Of a stretch of 64,000 bases of DNA, positions 41,026 through 50,880 are shown in pieces (the first letter of the stretch is position 1; each line of letters starts with the position of its first letter). Below the pieces are notes generated by a model that saw nothing but the letters and a program-made list of their open reading frames with translations, searched no databases and was not told the DNA's origin. The position numbers and the translations under genes are program-made. This DNA is from Candidatus Latescibacterota bacterium. Lineage in GTDB: Bacteria > Latescibacterota > UBA2968 > UBA8231. The stretch lies in the NCBI GenBank assembly GCA_965215195.1, contig CBDCDC010000001.1, positions 736,001-800,000 of the forward strand, written 5' to 3'.

Positions 41026-41623
41026 CGTCAAAAAAGAAGACTTGCTCACCTTTTTTTATGGCGAATGCGAGGAAGGCGAGCAGGAGCGCCTTAAAGAACA
41101 TGTGGCCACCTGTGCGGCGTGTCGCCGCGAACTTGACGCGCTCGCCAGTACGCAGACGTTGCTGCGGGCTTGGCCGGACGAGTCTCCGCGACTTGACCTG
41201 ACGTTTGTCGAGGCCGAGGTGCCGCGTCGGCGCTTCCGGCTGATGGCGGGTTTGGCTACTGCTGCGGTGGCCGCTGTGGTGCTCTTTTTGGCGTGGCCGG
41301 AGTTTGAACTCAGCTATCGCGCCGGCGAACTCGACCTCAAGTGGGGAGAGGCGCTGGCGGACGACCCCCTGACCCGGGAAGAAGTGCTGGCCACACAGGA
41401 GGGCACCATCGCGTTAATGAACCAACTTCTGCGGGCTTCTGAGGTGCGTCAGCAGCGCGTCTTCGATCATTTGCTGACCGAGATCCAGGCCCAGCGCTAC
41501 CAAGACTTGCAGCTCATCAACCGCCAGTTTGAACAGTTCGACCGCGAGATCTACATCCACTTGCGCCGCAACGAAGCACCCGTGCTGGAAGTGCTACCGG
41601 CAGTGCGCTATACCAGCCCATAG
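41015..41623 (+). CDS. Zinc-binding anti-sigma factor (zf-HC2/ZAS) with one TM helix
   Basis: HVATCAAC (HxxxCxxC); TM LMAGLATAAVAAVVLFLAW; overlaps the sigma stop. Confidence 0.85.
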   Translation: MDCNVKKEDLLTFFYGECEEGEQERLKEHVATCAACRRELDALASTQTLLRAWPDESPRLDLTFVEAEVPRRRFRLMAGLATAAVAAVVLFLAWPEFELSYRAGELDLKWGEALADDPLTREEVLATQEGTIALMNQLLRASEVRQQRVFDHLLTEIQAQRYQDLQLINRQFEQFDREIYIHLRRNEAPVLEVLPAVRYTSP

Positions 41624-41632
41624 GAGATTGCC

Positions 41633-42970
41633 ATGACCACGCTCTACCGCGCCATCCTAGTCGCTGGCTTCATGGCCACCGCCAGCTTCGCCGACGTTGA
41701 CCCCCGGCGCATGCAGCGCGACATCCGCATTATGGAGGGGGTGCTTGGCAACTTACATCTCGACGCGCCTGATCCGACCTCCTCCTCTCGTGGTTTGTAC
41801 CTCGATGGCTACGGGGTTCTCTTTCTTCTCAAAGGATCATGGCCCAAGCAGGCGCATCCCGGCATAGGGTTCGCATGGGACGAAAAGGGCGTCAAGTTTA
41901 TTGAGTTGACATCGAGCGATCCCTCATCGGATGAGAAATCGCCGGCAGAAAGCCACGACCTACTCGCCGAATTTTTGGGCAACTACGCTGGCACCATCGG
42001 CCAGCTCGACCCAGACGACCGGATTACGGTCTGCTATCAGCGTCGTCCTCCAAGCGGCTTGGCAAGCGGCTTAAAAAATATCACCGATGGCTTTAGATTC
42101 GGTGCAAATTCCGCGTCTTTCGACCTTACTAAGCAAATCGAAGCTATTATGCCCACTAGGGAGGGATCCTTCGATTTTGAAAAATTAGTCCTGACCTTTG
42201 GGGATTCTGTGTCTTTCTTCGACACGGACGAGCAAGTCGCGGCGATAACCAGATTGAGGAAGCACTTAGAGGAAGCGGCAGTGGAAGAAGGTGAAGTCAA
42301 GGCGGCAGCCGTGGTGGTCGGAGTCAGAGACTCTTTGCTTGCCGACGTTGTGGAGGCCGATACGTCCTCTCACAGATCCATAGTCGCTATGGTCCATGGC
42401 CTTACTCCCCGGCACCACCGCACCACCGCTGATGTCTCTCTAGTCACTGCCACCGCCAAAAAATCTGCCATTGACGCCTTCCGCGAGGGACGTATAGACT
42501 CGGCCACCTTCCGCCAGCGCATCGCCTTTTCCGAACTCATGGACTCAAAAAAAATCGACATCATGGCTGGCATTCTCGACCAAGTCTCGGGGCACGATCA
42601 TCATCCCTTGGTTGGTACCCAACGCACTTTGGGGATGTATCAGCCAGATTTAGGTGTTCTGTTTCTCATTGGTGATTCGGTGTTCCGCTTCAGACCCCTA
42701 CTTCTCGACGATGTCAAGGCCAACATCGTCGAAGCCGTCGCCGACTACGGCGCGACCCTCAGCCAAGTCCAACCCGACGAGCACGTCATCGTCGAATATC
42801 GCACTGGTCGGACGACTTATCTTCTGCAGGACCTCGAACCCGAAATCGTCAAATATCACCCAGATCGGACTCATCTTCTGCAGGTCCCCAAGGCCGCCAT
42901 TGACGCCTACTCTCGCGGCGACTTGGACCTTGATACCTTCCGCAAAAAGGCGGTGTGGGAAACACGGTAA
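41633..42970 (+). CDS. Secreted protein with an internal domain duplication, third gene of the ECF operon
   Basis: Signal peptide ending ASFA; repeats DIRIMEGVL..GLYLDGYGVLF..NYAGTIGQLDPDDRITV / KIDIMAGIL..GMYQPDLGVLF..DYGATLSQVQPDEHVIV. Confidence 0.7.
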   Translation: MTTLYRAILVAGFMATASFADVDPRRMQRDIRIMEGVLGNLHLDAPDPTSSSRGLYLDGYGVLFLLKGSWPKQAHPGIGFAWDEKGVKFIELTSSDPSSDEKSPAESHDLLAEFLGNYAGTIGQLDPDDRITVCYQRRPPSGLASGLKNITDGFRFGANSASFDLTKQIEAIMPTREGSFDFEKLVLTFGDSVSFFDTDEQVAAITRLRKHLEEAAVEEGEVKAAAVVVGVRDSLLADVVEADTSSHRSIVAMVHGLTPRHHRTTADVSLVTATAKKSAIDAFREGRIDSATFRQRIAFSELMDSKKIDIMAGILDQVSGHDHHPLVGTQRTLGMYQPDLGVLFLIGDSVFRFRPLLLDDVKANIVEAVADYGATLSQVQPDEHVIVEYRTGRTTYLLQDLEPEIVKYHPDRTHLLQVPKAAIDAYSRGDLDLDTFRKKAVWETR

Positions 42971-43173
42971 CTGACGTTACGCACGGAAGCCTTGGGTTTG
43001 AGATGCTGGTCACGCCTAAAGGCGCGATAGCTTGTCCTGAGCGCAGCCGAAGGAACAGGGCTCGCACGCTGCTTTCCCGTGCCATGCTGAGCCGCAACGC
43101 AGGGAAGGCGAAGCATCTCAAATCGGTTCACTGTGGCAAGGAGCCCCGACACCTGAACGGTGCGTAACGTCAG
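42971..43173. mobile_element. MITE-like element with perfect 14-bp TIR
   Basis: CTGACGTTACGCAC ... GTGCGTAACGTCAG; contains a CACGCCTAAAGGCGCG palindrome. Confidence 0.6.
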
Positions 43174-43390
43174 GCGATAAATAAAAAACTCGCCTGTAGT
43201 CTGTCGGGTATAGCCCACTATCGCCGGTTACTGCCGCAAAAAAATCCATCCCCATAAAAAACATCTATCGTGTACTTAGCTCGGGAGCTAAAGATGCCCT
43301 TAGCTAAAGTATATCTCTACCGCGCCTTTTTGGAGTAGATTGATCTATGTCTTCAATTTCTTTCGTGCTCCGCAATCTGCCCCATTTTTA

Positions 43391-43533
43391 GAAGCTGTTT
43401 CAAAACTAGCGTCGGGTCGCATCAAGGATCGTCAAGTGCCTTCGCATGGAGCATTTTTCATAGGGCGAGACGCTTTTGAGCCGACGCTTTTTCTTCACAC
43501 AAGGAACCGAATCCGGAGTTTTGGGACCACTTC
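43391..43533. mobile_element. 143-bp MITE inserted at TA upstream of the cassette-1 promoter
   Basis: Absent from the homologous positions of units 2-4; TA duplicated; imperfect TIR GAAGCTGTTTCAAAACT / AGTTTTGGGACCACTTC (13/17). Confidence 0.7.
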
Positions 43534-43552
43534 TAATTTTTTTGCTCTCCCT

Positions 43553-43586
43553 GTAAAACTTTTCTCCACCAACATCCGTCGTATAA
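43553..43586 (+). promoter_or_regulatory. ECF-type promoter, cassette 1
   Basis: GTAAAAC-N17-CGTCGTATAA. Confidence 0.65.
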
Positions 43587-43623
43587 TGTGAAGATTACAA
43601 CAGCACATGCAGAGAGGTTTGCT

Positions 43624-44550
43624 ATGAAAACGCTAATGCTATTGTGTAGTGCGCTTATTATCGGCCTAAGTTCGCTATCCTCGCCGAGCCAAGCGCGAGA
43701 AGGGGGTTACGGCGGCTTTACTTACGAAAACATACAAGAGTTTTACGATTACATCCACGGCCAAGAGATGATTAAGGTCCAGACGGGCGAGGAGTTAGAT
43801 AAAGCGATCAACGCTATACCCATTAACTTGGAAACGGCCATAGACTTGGAGCAAGAGCGCGGCTTGAGGAACTGGTTGCGCCAATATCTCATAGCATTTT
43901 CCGAGTCGGGAAATGATAGCTTGGCGGCGGTCTTCTATCTGAGAGAGGGGTTTAATGAGGAACAATATAAGACTATAACGATAGCATGGGCTGAGGCTGC
44001 ACAGCAATACGCCCAAAGCTCAAACGTCGTCTTTCAGAACGATGACGGCAGCGCAATGACTGCCGAAGAGATAGAGAACATAGTTGAAAAGACTAGGGCG
44101 AATGTCGAGACGGATTTAATGGAACAGACTCCGATGTCCATATTTCGTTCAGAACATAGAAAGATACTTAGTTCTCTCAACAAAAAGTACTTCATAGAAA
44201 ACGTATCATTCCACGACAGCGAATTTAGGATATTCGAGCTAAACAAAGGGGATCAGATGTTCTTTAGCCTCGCAAAAAAGCGAGGTATGTTACCTAAGGG
44301 ATTTGAACGGTATCCTGTGGCACTAGAAGATCAACTTTCCGCCCTTTTAGAAACAGGGGAGAAAATTATCTGCATGGATATAATGTTCATTGTAGAAGAG
44401 CCGTCGGAATATGCATCTAACCCAACAGTGCCAGGACGCACACCGTCTTTTTTTCGCCTAATGTGGAATCGGGATAAGAAGCTGTGGCACCATTTGGAAG
44501 TATTCTATAGTCCTAGCGTACGAGAAAAGTACCTCTTTGACCGCTTGTGA
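43624..44550 (+). CDS. Secreted cassette protein A, copy 1 (unknown family)
   Basis: Signal MKTLMLLCSALIIGLSSLSSPSQA; paralog of 49582, 54388 and 59046. Confidence 0.8.
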   Translation: MKTLMLLCSALIIGLSSLSSPSQAREGGYGGFTYENIQEFYDYIHGQEMIKVQTGEELDKAINAIPINLETAIDLEQERGLRNWLRQYLIAFSESGNDSLAAVFYLREGFNEEQYKTITIAWAEAAQQYAQSSNVVFQNDDGSAMTAEEIENIVEKTRANVETDLMEQTPMSIFRSEHRKILSSLNKKYFIENVSFHDSEFRIFELNKGDQMFFSLAKKRGMLPKGFERYPVALEDQLSALLETGEKIICMDIMFIVEEPSEYASNPTVPGRTPSFFRLMWNRDKKLWHHLEVFYSPSVREKYLFDRL

Positions 44551-44712
44551 GAAAGAGATATTAAACGGTTTTATCGAGTTCAAGCCTATCTTAGGCTTGT
44601 ATAACCAACTTATTCCTATATTGGATAGGAATGAGTTTTCACCCCAACCCCAAGGAAGGATGTTACAATGAAGCGAAAACTGTCGAAAGTAGCCATCGGC
44701 CTCGTTGCCTTA

Positions 44713-45655
44713 GAGCCTATACGGAAATCATGTCAACCGTTCGACGATTTGAAAAATGATAAGCACCGAAGCGACCTGAATGAATGCTTCGTAATGGGTA
44801 CTCTTTTTCTCCCATCGGACCAACAGACGACGGAATCGATTATGCCAAGCATGGGTTCGTTCAACCACCCATCGACGAGCCGGATGTTTCTTTTGCGCGG
44901 GTATAGAGGCCTTGTCGGCTTGACTTTTCGCCAAGTGTAGGTGATAGTCGCGTTCCTCGACTCCTTCAATAACCTCGGCGTAGTCATAGCCTTTGTCCAG
45001 ACACAGATGGTGCAGCCGATAGACGACTTTCTTGGGTCTTTCCACGACGAGGCCATCCAACGTCGCCAGTGCTACCGTTTTGTCATGCGTATTGGCTGCG
45101 GTTACTTCCACGGCCAGCGGTGCGCCTCGCTGGTCGGTCAACACCGACCGTTTAGTGCCCTTTTTACCCCGATCGACCGGCGACGGACCGGTCGCTTCGC
45201 CGCCCAACGGCGCTTTGGTGATCACCCCATCGAGGGCTTGCCATTTCCAAGCAATGCCCACTTGCTTATCATAGTAGTGTAGCAGCGTCTGCCAAGCTCG
45301 GAGAAACACGCCTTGTTTCACCCACTGGCGGAACCGACCGTGGACGGTCGAGCCGGGTGCATAGGCTGCCCGCGGAATGGCCTGCCATTGGCAGCCGCTG
45401 CGCAACACAAAGATCATGGCGTCAAAAAGGACACGGTGGGGTGTGGGCGGACGTCCGACGGTGCCGGGTTGTTTTTCCGGACCCAGAATCGGGGCGATTA
45501 GATTCCACAAGGCATCCGGGGTATGCCAGATCGTGTCCGGCGAATCGGTCTTGGTGGCCATGGCTTTCTTCCTCTTGGTTGAGGGTCAAATGGTACGGAA
45601 AGCGTAGGTCGCCAAGACCTTTGTATCAACAAAAAATCAATTTTCGTATAGGCTC
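44713..45655 (-). mobile_element. IS5-family insertion sequence (IS1031-like), 943 bp
   Basis: TIR GAGCCTATACGGAAAT / ATTTTCGTATAGGCTC (15/16); TTA target duplication. Confidence 0.92.
44728..45561 (-). CDS. IS5-family DDE transposase
   Basis: LRSGCQWQAIP, ALDG, GTKRSVLTD, LDKGYD, RWVVERTHAWHNRFRRLLVRWEK. Confidence 0.93.
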   Translation of the reverse strand: MATKTDSPDTIWHTPDALWNLIAPILGPEKQPGTVGRPPTPHRVLFDAMIFVLRSGCQWQAIPRAAYAPGSTVHGRFRQWVKQGVFLRAWQTLLHYYDKQVGIAWKWQALDGVITKAPLGGEATGPSPVDRGKKGTKRSVLTDQRGAPLAVEVTAANTHDKTVALATLDGLVVERPKKVVYRLHHLCLDKGYDYAEVIEGVEERDYHLHLAKSQADKASIPAQKKHPARRWVVERTHAWHNRFRRLLVRWEKKSTHYEAFIQVASVLIIFQIVERLT

Positions 45656-45820
45656 TTAGCAGTGCAATTTTTGCCGACTAAAGCAGAGGCGGCTGTGACG
45701 TGCGACTTGTACGTGAATGGGAAGTTGGTGAAATCCGTGACATGCGACGATGCTTGTCAGTATGAGATTACGCCTCCCTACGACGTTTATTGCGTATAGC
45801 TAGCTTGCTCGTCGCCATCT

Positions 45821-45857
45821 AAAAAGTGGGTGAGCCTTGGGCTTACCCACTTTTTTT
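45821..45857 (+). terminator. Intrinsic terminator after peptide 1
   Basis: AAAAAGTGGGTGAGCC-ttg-GGCTTACCCACTTTTTTT. Confidence 0.8.
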
Positions 45858-46237
45858 GGTAATTAACCCATGTTGGAATCGCTCTCTGAAATCAGTCCCA
45901 CAGTCTCATTGTGTTGGCCAATAGCGGTACGAAAAGTAAGACCTATTTTTCGTACCCGGCATTGGTAGGGTCGACGTCGGTGTCATCCTACCACTATTGG
46001 CGTAAACTGTATCGACTCGAATCGCTTCGGCGAGTGGACTAGAACCTATCTGGAGCACCTCCGCATTCCATTCGATGAGCGAGCGCATCGGCTGTATCTG
46101 TTTACTCTTGGTGTCCCGTCCTATCGAAGCCCGCGCTATATGGGCTTTTCGCTGAAAACGACGCAGGTAGCAAAGTCGACGGTCAATCTACTGAGCACCA
46201 TTGGTTATATAACTCATTCCCACCTTGGAAAAGAGCC

Positions 46238-47761
46238 ATGATAAGAACCATATGGAAAAAAGAACTCATAGAGCAGCTAACTAGTCGGCGCTTTATCTAC
46301 TGTACCCTGATTATAGTGCCACTTATATGGGTCATAGGGCTGCTGCGAATAACAAGTTACGAAAAAGCATGGACAGAAAAGGATCGGATCGTCGCAGAAA
46401 TCGCCGACGAATTCCGCAAAATAGATGGATTCTCTGCGTTGCGGACTAAGGTCGTTCTCACTCCGAGTCCACTGGAAGTATTTGACCGGGGCGTCACTGA
46501 AAAAATGAGCTCCGTAGTGTCCATTAAGATATTTGAGATACCCTACGCTTCCGATATGAATACCCTATCAACCACCGGCAATCCTTTACTCGCCACAATC
46601 GGTGTGTTTGATGTCGTTCACGTCATCCAAATTTTTCTATCGCTGTTGGCCATTCTTCTGTCGTGCGAATCTATTTCAGGCGAAAAAGAAGAAGGTACCT
46701 TATCGCTGATGCTGACGATGAATGCCTCCAGAGTGCAGATCGTGACGGGTAAACTCCTCAGTGGCATTACGCTCCTCAACATACCTATTCTCTTGGGATT
46801 TCTCGGTCTCGCTATCTTTCTTGTCGCTTCCGGGCACGTACTGCTTACGGGGGAAGACTGGATAGGTCTCATCGGGATTTGGGTACTATCCCTGTTTTAC
46901 ATCGCCCTATTCTACCTGATTGGCCTAGCCATTTCGTGCTGTACGCACAACACCTCGACGAGCCTGATATACGGTCTGTTCACTTGGGCCTTTTTGGTGA
47001 TTGTCCTGCCGGGTAGCATTACGTTTTTCGTCAATCAGCAATTCCATCGGCAGGCGGACGCCCAAAAAACCAGGGCTGTGGAAGACGAACTGTGGCACGA
47101 GTACAGCCGACGAGCTAATGCCTTGGTGCGTACGGCGGGAATGGGCGACACCTACCTCCCACTATACTTGCTCAGTAATATGACTATGTCTGGGGGGTCT
47201 GCAAGTGACCCACAGTTTGGGATCGGACCGCTTAATGAGGACGCCCCTCTGGCCGACTTTCTGAACCTTCTGAGAACGGGTGAGAATTTACGCCTCCAGT
47301 ATGCCCAGAAAATCTGGAATGCTTGCAGTCCTCTTTGGGAGAGCCGGCCCCGGTCGCTCATCCGCCTGAACGACCAGTTGCAAAGAATAACGCCGGCAGG
47401 TGCCTATATAGAGGTTTCTGGCGGCCTAGCCGGTACGGATGCGGGTGTTTTTTACGACTTCCTCGATCAGGCTCGCCAGTACCGCAAGCAACTCTTGGAA
47501 TATCTAAGGGCGCACGACGCGTTTGGGAGTATGGATTATTTTTCTGGACAAAGAATGGTGATAATCGGCGAAGACGGCAAACCTATAGATAACAAAGGAA
47601 CACTCGACCCCAGCACTCTTCCAGCCTTTGAGGAACGCCGTGAGCCCTTTGCTCGTCGGCTAAGCAGAATTGCGCCGGGCTTTCTATCTTTATTTATCTA
47701 TGCGGGTCTGATGTGGCTTGCCGTAATAAGGCTCTTTTCTCGCTACGATGTTACGAGGTGA
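46238..47761 (+). CDS. ABC-2 type permease B, copy 1
   Basis: IWKKEL, ESISGEKEEGTLSLMLT..SRVQIVTGK; about 6 TM helices with large loops. Confidence 0.88.
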   Translation: MIRTIWKKELIEQLTSRRFIYCTLIIVPLIWVIGLLRITSYEKAWTEKDRIVAEIADEFRKIDGFSALRTKVVLTPSPLEVFDRGVTEKMSSVVSIKIFEIPYASDMNTLSTTGNPLLATIGVFDVVHVIQIFLSLLAILLSCESISGEKEEGTLSLMLTMNASRVQIVTGKLLSGITLLNIPILLGFLGLAIFLVASGHVLLTGEDWIGLIGIWVLSLFYIALFYLIGLAISCCTHNTSTSLIYGLFTWAFLVIVLPGSITFFVNQQFHRQADAQKTRAVEDELWHEYSRRANALVRTAGMGDTYLPLYLLSNMTMSGGSASDPQFGIGPLNEDAPLADFLNLLRTGENLRLQYAQKIWNACSPLWESRPRSLIRLNDQLQRITPAGAYIEVSGGLAGTDAGVFYDFLDQARQYRKQLLEYLRAHDAFGSMDYFSGQRMVIIGEDGKPIDNKGTLDPSTLPAFEERREPFARRLSRIAPGFLSLFIYAGLMWLAVIRLFSRYDVTR

Positions 47762-47773
47762 GATGAACAGACC

Positions 47774-49201
47774 ATGCTAACGACCATCATCAAACGAGAG
47801 TTCATCGAGCATATCCAAAGCCTGCGGTTCAGCCTTGCACTGGTGCTGTGCGTTAGCCTGATGGTGCTCAACGCGCTCGGCCTCGTCCACAGCACCTATC
47901 AGTTCGAGCGGGATGTGTATATAGAGAACATCGGACAGCAGCACCAAAAACTGCGTTCTAATGGTGCCACAGGCCTACAGCAGATACTAATCCAAGGCCC
48001 TGGGATGCTCTACAAGCAACCTAGTAAGCTGGCGTTTTGTGCCAGTTTCGCCGACAAGAAACTACCAAATAAAGTAGATGCCGTAGCGAAAAACCAAGGT
48101 ATGTGGGCTGGTTTCGATTGCAGTTTCTACTGGCCTTGGATTCTATCTTTTCCTGTCGAGTTAGAGGCGACTCCGCTCCGCTCCACCTTTATCACCATTG
48201 ACTGGGTCTTCATCATCGGCGTCTTGTTGAGCTTGGCCGCCCTCCTGTTCACTCACGACGCCATTGTCGGCGAAAAGGAGAGCGGCACCCTCAAGCTGGT
48301 CATGGCCAACAGCCTGCCGCGCCATACGCTGCTGTGGGGCAAGTTCTGGGGCCCCATGATGGTCCTGATCGGGGTGCTGCTGCTCGGCCTCACCCTGAAC
48401 CTGTTGATCGTCCTGATACTCGCCGACCTGTCGTTGAATATCTCCCACGCAGTGCGCATCGCCGCCATGGTTTTGATCTCTGTGGTCTATCTGGCGGGCT
48501 GTACCTCGCTGGGGCTGCTCATATCGGCTCGCAGTTCCAGTAGGAGGGGTAGTCTGACTACGGTACTCTTCGTCTGGGTGAGCATGGTCCTGCTGTGGCC
48601 GCAGATGGGAAAGGCCATTGCCGAGCTATTCTATGAAGATATACAGGAGGGAGACGCATACGGTCCTCTTCGACAGGAGGCTATGGACTTGGTAAGCAAG
48701 GAAGCGCGGGAGAAGGGTCATCTGCGCGATCAGGTGTTTATCAAAGAATTTTCGAGCATATTGCGGTCAGAACGTGCTCATCATCAAGAAATAGAAAGCA
48801 CCTTGCTGCGGCGACGGGTACAACAGGTCAGTTTAGCACAGAACATCGTCCGGCTCTCTCCCATGGGGCCTTACCAATACGCGATGGAAGCAATGGCGGG
48901 TACCGGCTTAGCACGGTATCAGCATTTCATCGCTCAAGCCCGGAGTTATGCACAGCGTTTTGAGGAAAACCTCCTCGCCATAGACCGGGCCGACTGGCGC
49001 AGCCTGCATATTCCGTTGGTCGTCAACGGACTGTCCGCTCAAAAGGTAGAGATAAATCAAGTGCCTGTATTCAAAGAAGACCTCTCCGCGGCGTCGTTGG
49101 CCGGCCCGGCAGTGGTCGACTTGGTTTTGCTGGGCTTCTTTGCAGTGTTCACCTATCTGGCCGCGTACTTGGTCTGGTTGCGTTCGTCTATTGTCGGTTA
49201 G
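47774..49201 (+). CDS. ABC-2 type permease C, copy 1
   Basis: IIKREF, DAIVGEKESGTLKLVMANSLPR..LLWGK. Confidence 0.88.
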   Translation: MLTTIIKREFIEHIQSLRFSLALVLCVSLMVLNALGLVHSTYQFERDVYIENIGQQHQKLRSNGATGLQQILIQGPGMLYKQPSKLAFCASFADKKLPNKVDAVAKNQGMWAGFDCSFYWPWILSFPVELEATPLRSTFITIDWVFIIGVLLSLAALLFTHDAIVGEKESGTLKLVMANSLPRHTLLWGKFWGPMMVLIGVLLLGLTLNLLIVLILADLSLNISHAVRIAAMVLISVVYLAGCTSLGLLISARSSSRRGSLTTVLFVWVSMVLLWPQMGKAIAELFYEDIQEGDAYGPLRQEAMDLVSKEAREKGHLRDQVFIKEFSSILRSERAHHQEIESTLLRRRVQQVSLAQNIVRLSPMGPYQYAMEAMAGTGLARYQHFIAQARSYAQRFEENLLAIDRADWRSLHIPLVVNGLSAQKVEINQVPVFKEDLSAASLAGPAVVDLVLLGFFAVFTYLAAYLVWLRSSIVG

Positions 49202-49330
49202 GGCTTACGTCTTATTGACCTCTGCATTTCTAATGGAATGGCGTTTCAACCTTGCTTCGCCTCAGATCGTATTCCTTTATCTATGCAGGTATCAATAAAG
49301 GTATTTTACCCGAAACGAAAGGCGTTGGTT

Positions 49331-49456
49331 ATGTTCCTGCTCATGCTTTTGTTGAGCGCCTACCCGATGGGAGCCCAGTTGCCCTCAGAAGTGGTACTGG
49401 ATTCGGTGTATAGCGGCCAAAATAGCACGCACTCGATTGCGTTCAAACCCACCACC
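49331..49456 (+). pseudogene. 5' stub of the DUF1573-like gene at a duplication junction
   Basis: MFLLMLLLSAYPMGAQLPSEVVLDSVYSGQNSTHSIAFKPTT matches the start of the 60330 gene. Confidence 0.8.
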
Positions 49457-49511
49457 TTCCCTTCTTTCGTGCTCCGCAATCTGCCCCATTTTTGCTTTTT
49501 TTGCTCTCCCT

Positions 49512-49545
49512 GTAAAACTTTTCTCCGCCAACATCCGTCGTATAA
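49512..49545 (+). promoter_or_regulatory. ECF-type promoter, cassette 2
   Basis: GTAAAAC-N17-CGTCGTATAA. Confidence 0.65.
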
Positions 49546-49581
49546 TGTGAAGACTACAACAGCACATGCAGGAGGTTTGCT

Positions 49582-50571
49582 ATGAAAACGCTAATGCTAT
49601 TGTGTAGTGCGCTTGTTATCGGTCTAAGTTCGCTATCCTCGCCGAGCCAAGCGCGAGAAGGAGGGTATGGCGGCTTTACTCAAGAAGACATACAGGAGTT
49701 TAACAACTACCTAAACGGCCTTGCGATGATTAAGGTTCAAGTAGGCGAAGAGTTGGACCAAGCGATTGACGCTATACCCATTAACTTGGAAACGGCCATA
49801 GACTTGGAGCAAGAGCGCGGCTTGCGAGACTGGTTGCGCCAGTATCTGATTGCGTTTTCCGAGTCGGGCAATGATAGCTTGGCGGCGGCCTTTTATCTAA
49901 GGGCAGGATTTAACAAGTTTAACAAGGAAAGATATATAGCTCAAAATCTGAAATTCATTAATTTCGTCCGGGAAAATCCCCAAGCAAACGTCATCGTCCA
50001 AAGGCCAGACGGCACTACACTAACCAAAGAAGAAATAGAGAAATCAGCAAAAAAAAGGATTGATAATGTCAGAGCGAAAGCTGAGACCGCTTTGAAGGAA
50101 GGTGCATTACCTCTATTTCGTTCAATGCATAAAGATGCGCTAAGAAATCACAACAAGGAGTATTTTATAGAAAATGTATCGTTCCACGACAGTGGCTTTA
50201 GGGTGTTTGAGTTAGGGCAAGAGACTCCGACGTTTTTACGCCTAGCATCTGACCAAGGAATGTTACCTGGGGGATATATGTCTTATGAGACAGGACTAAG
50301 TGATAAACTTCCAGCACTTCTAGAGGCAGGGGAGAAGATCATCTGTGCGGATATATTCTTCATTGTAGAGGATCCACTACCAGTACCTAATCTAGTTCCT
50401 ACACTACCGCCAGAGTTTACACCTATTACACCTAATCCAGTTGGACCAAGACGCACACCATCATTTTTTCGTTTGATGTGGGACCAAGACAAGAAGATAT
50501 GGAATCACTTGGAAGTATTCTATACTTCTGGACTAGGAGTAGGAAATACCTACTTCTTTAATTTACTGTAA
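49582..50571 (+). CDS. Secreted cassette protein A, copy 2
   Basis: Same signal peptide and N-terminus; Pro-rich insertion PLPVPNLVPTLPPEFTPITPNP. Confidence 0.82.
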   Translation: MKTLMLLCSALVIGLSSLSSPSQAREGGYGGFTQEDIQEFNNYLNGLAMIKVQVGEELDQAIDAIPINLETAIDLEQERGLRDWLRQYLIAFSESGNDSLAAAFYLRAGFNKFNKERYIAQNLKFINFVRENPQANVIVQRPDGTTLTKEEIEKSAKKRIDNVRAKAETALKEGALPLFRSMHKDALRNHNKEYFIENVSFHDSGFRVFELGQETPTFLRLASDQGMLPGGYMSYETGLSDKLPALLEAGEKIICADIFFIVEDPLPVPNLVPTLPPEFTPITPNPVGPRRTPSFFRLMWDQDKKIWNHLEVFYTSGLGVGNTYFFNLL

Positions 50572-50594
50572 CCTTTTTATAGGAGGAAGTCTCT

Positions 50595-50810
50595 ATGAAG
50601 CGGCTATTCGTGCGAACGGCTATCGCCCTCGTCGGTATGACAACTTGGCTCTTGCCGAACCGAGCAAACGCCACTACGACGTGCGAGGTACCCTTGCCCA
50701 ACGGCTGGGTGGCAGTATGGCACTGCTCGAGCAGTCAGACGTGCGCGTGGTATATCGTTTGTCACGAAGACGACTGTTCTTCTTTTTCGCTATACTACGG
50801 CTGTGTATAG
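50595..50810 (+). CDS. Cys-rich secreted peptide 2 (6 Cys)
   Basis: RBS AGGAGG; MKRLFVRTAIALVGMTTWLLPNRANA-TTTCEVPLPNGWVAVWHCSSSQTCAWYIVCHEDDCSSFSLYYGCV. Confidence 0.85.
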   Translation: MKRLFVRTAIALVGMTTWLLPNRANATTTCEVPLPNGWVAVWHCSSSQTCAWYIVCHEDDCSSFSLYYGCV

Positions 50811-50831
50811 TACGTCCATATAGCAGAGACA

Positions 50832-50880
50832 AAGCCAGAAAGCAGGTACGCAAACATCGAGCGTACCTGCTTTCTGGCTT
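50832..50880 (+). terminator. Perfect 20-bp stem-loop after peptide 2
   Basis: AAGCCAGAAAGCAGGTACGC-aaacatcga-GCGTACCTGCTTTCTGGCTT. Confidence 0.7.

Larger units (their letters stand above)
44668..45799 (+). pseudogene. Cys-rich secreted peptide 1, interrupted by IS5
   Basis: Joining 44668-44712 to 45659-45799 gives MKRKLSKVAIGLVALAVQFLPTKAEA-AVTCDLYVNGKLVKSVTCDDACQYEITPPYDVYCV* (61 aa). Confidence 0.85.

Noticed and set aside
43340-43591. 83-aa ORF, and likewise 49238-49585 and the N-terminal extension 58866-59045
   Set aside because: They run through MITE, junction and promoter sequence; they are chance or chimeric frames.
45860-46237. Spacer between peptide 1 and permease B1 (also 50881-51098)
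   Set aside because: No convincing ORF or homology to the other units; may be a gene remnant, but I cannot identify it.
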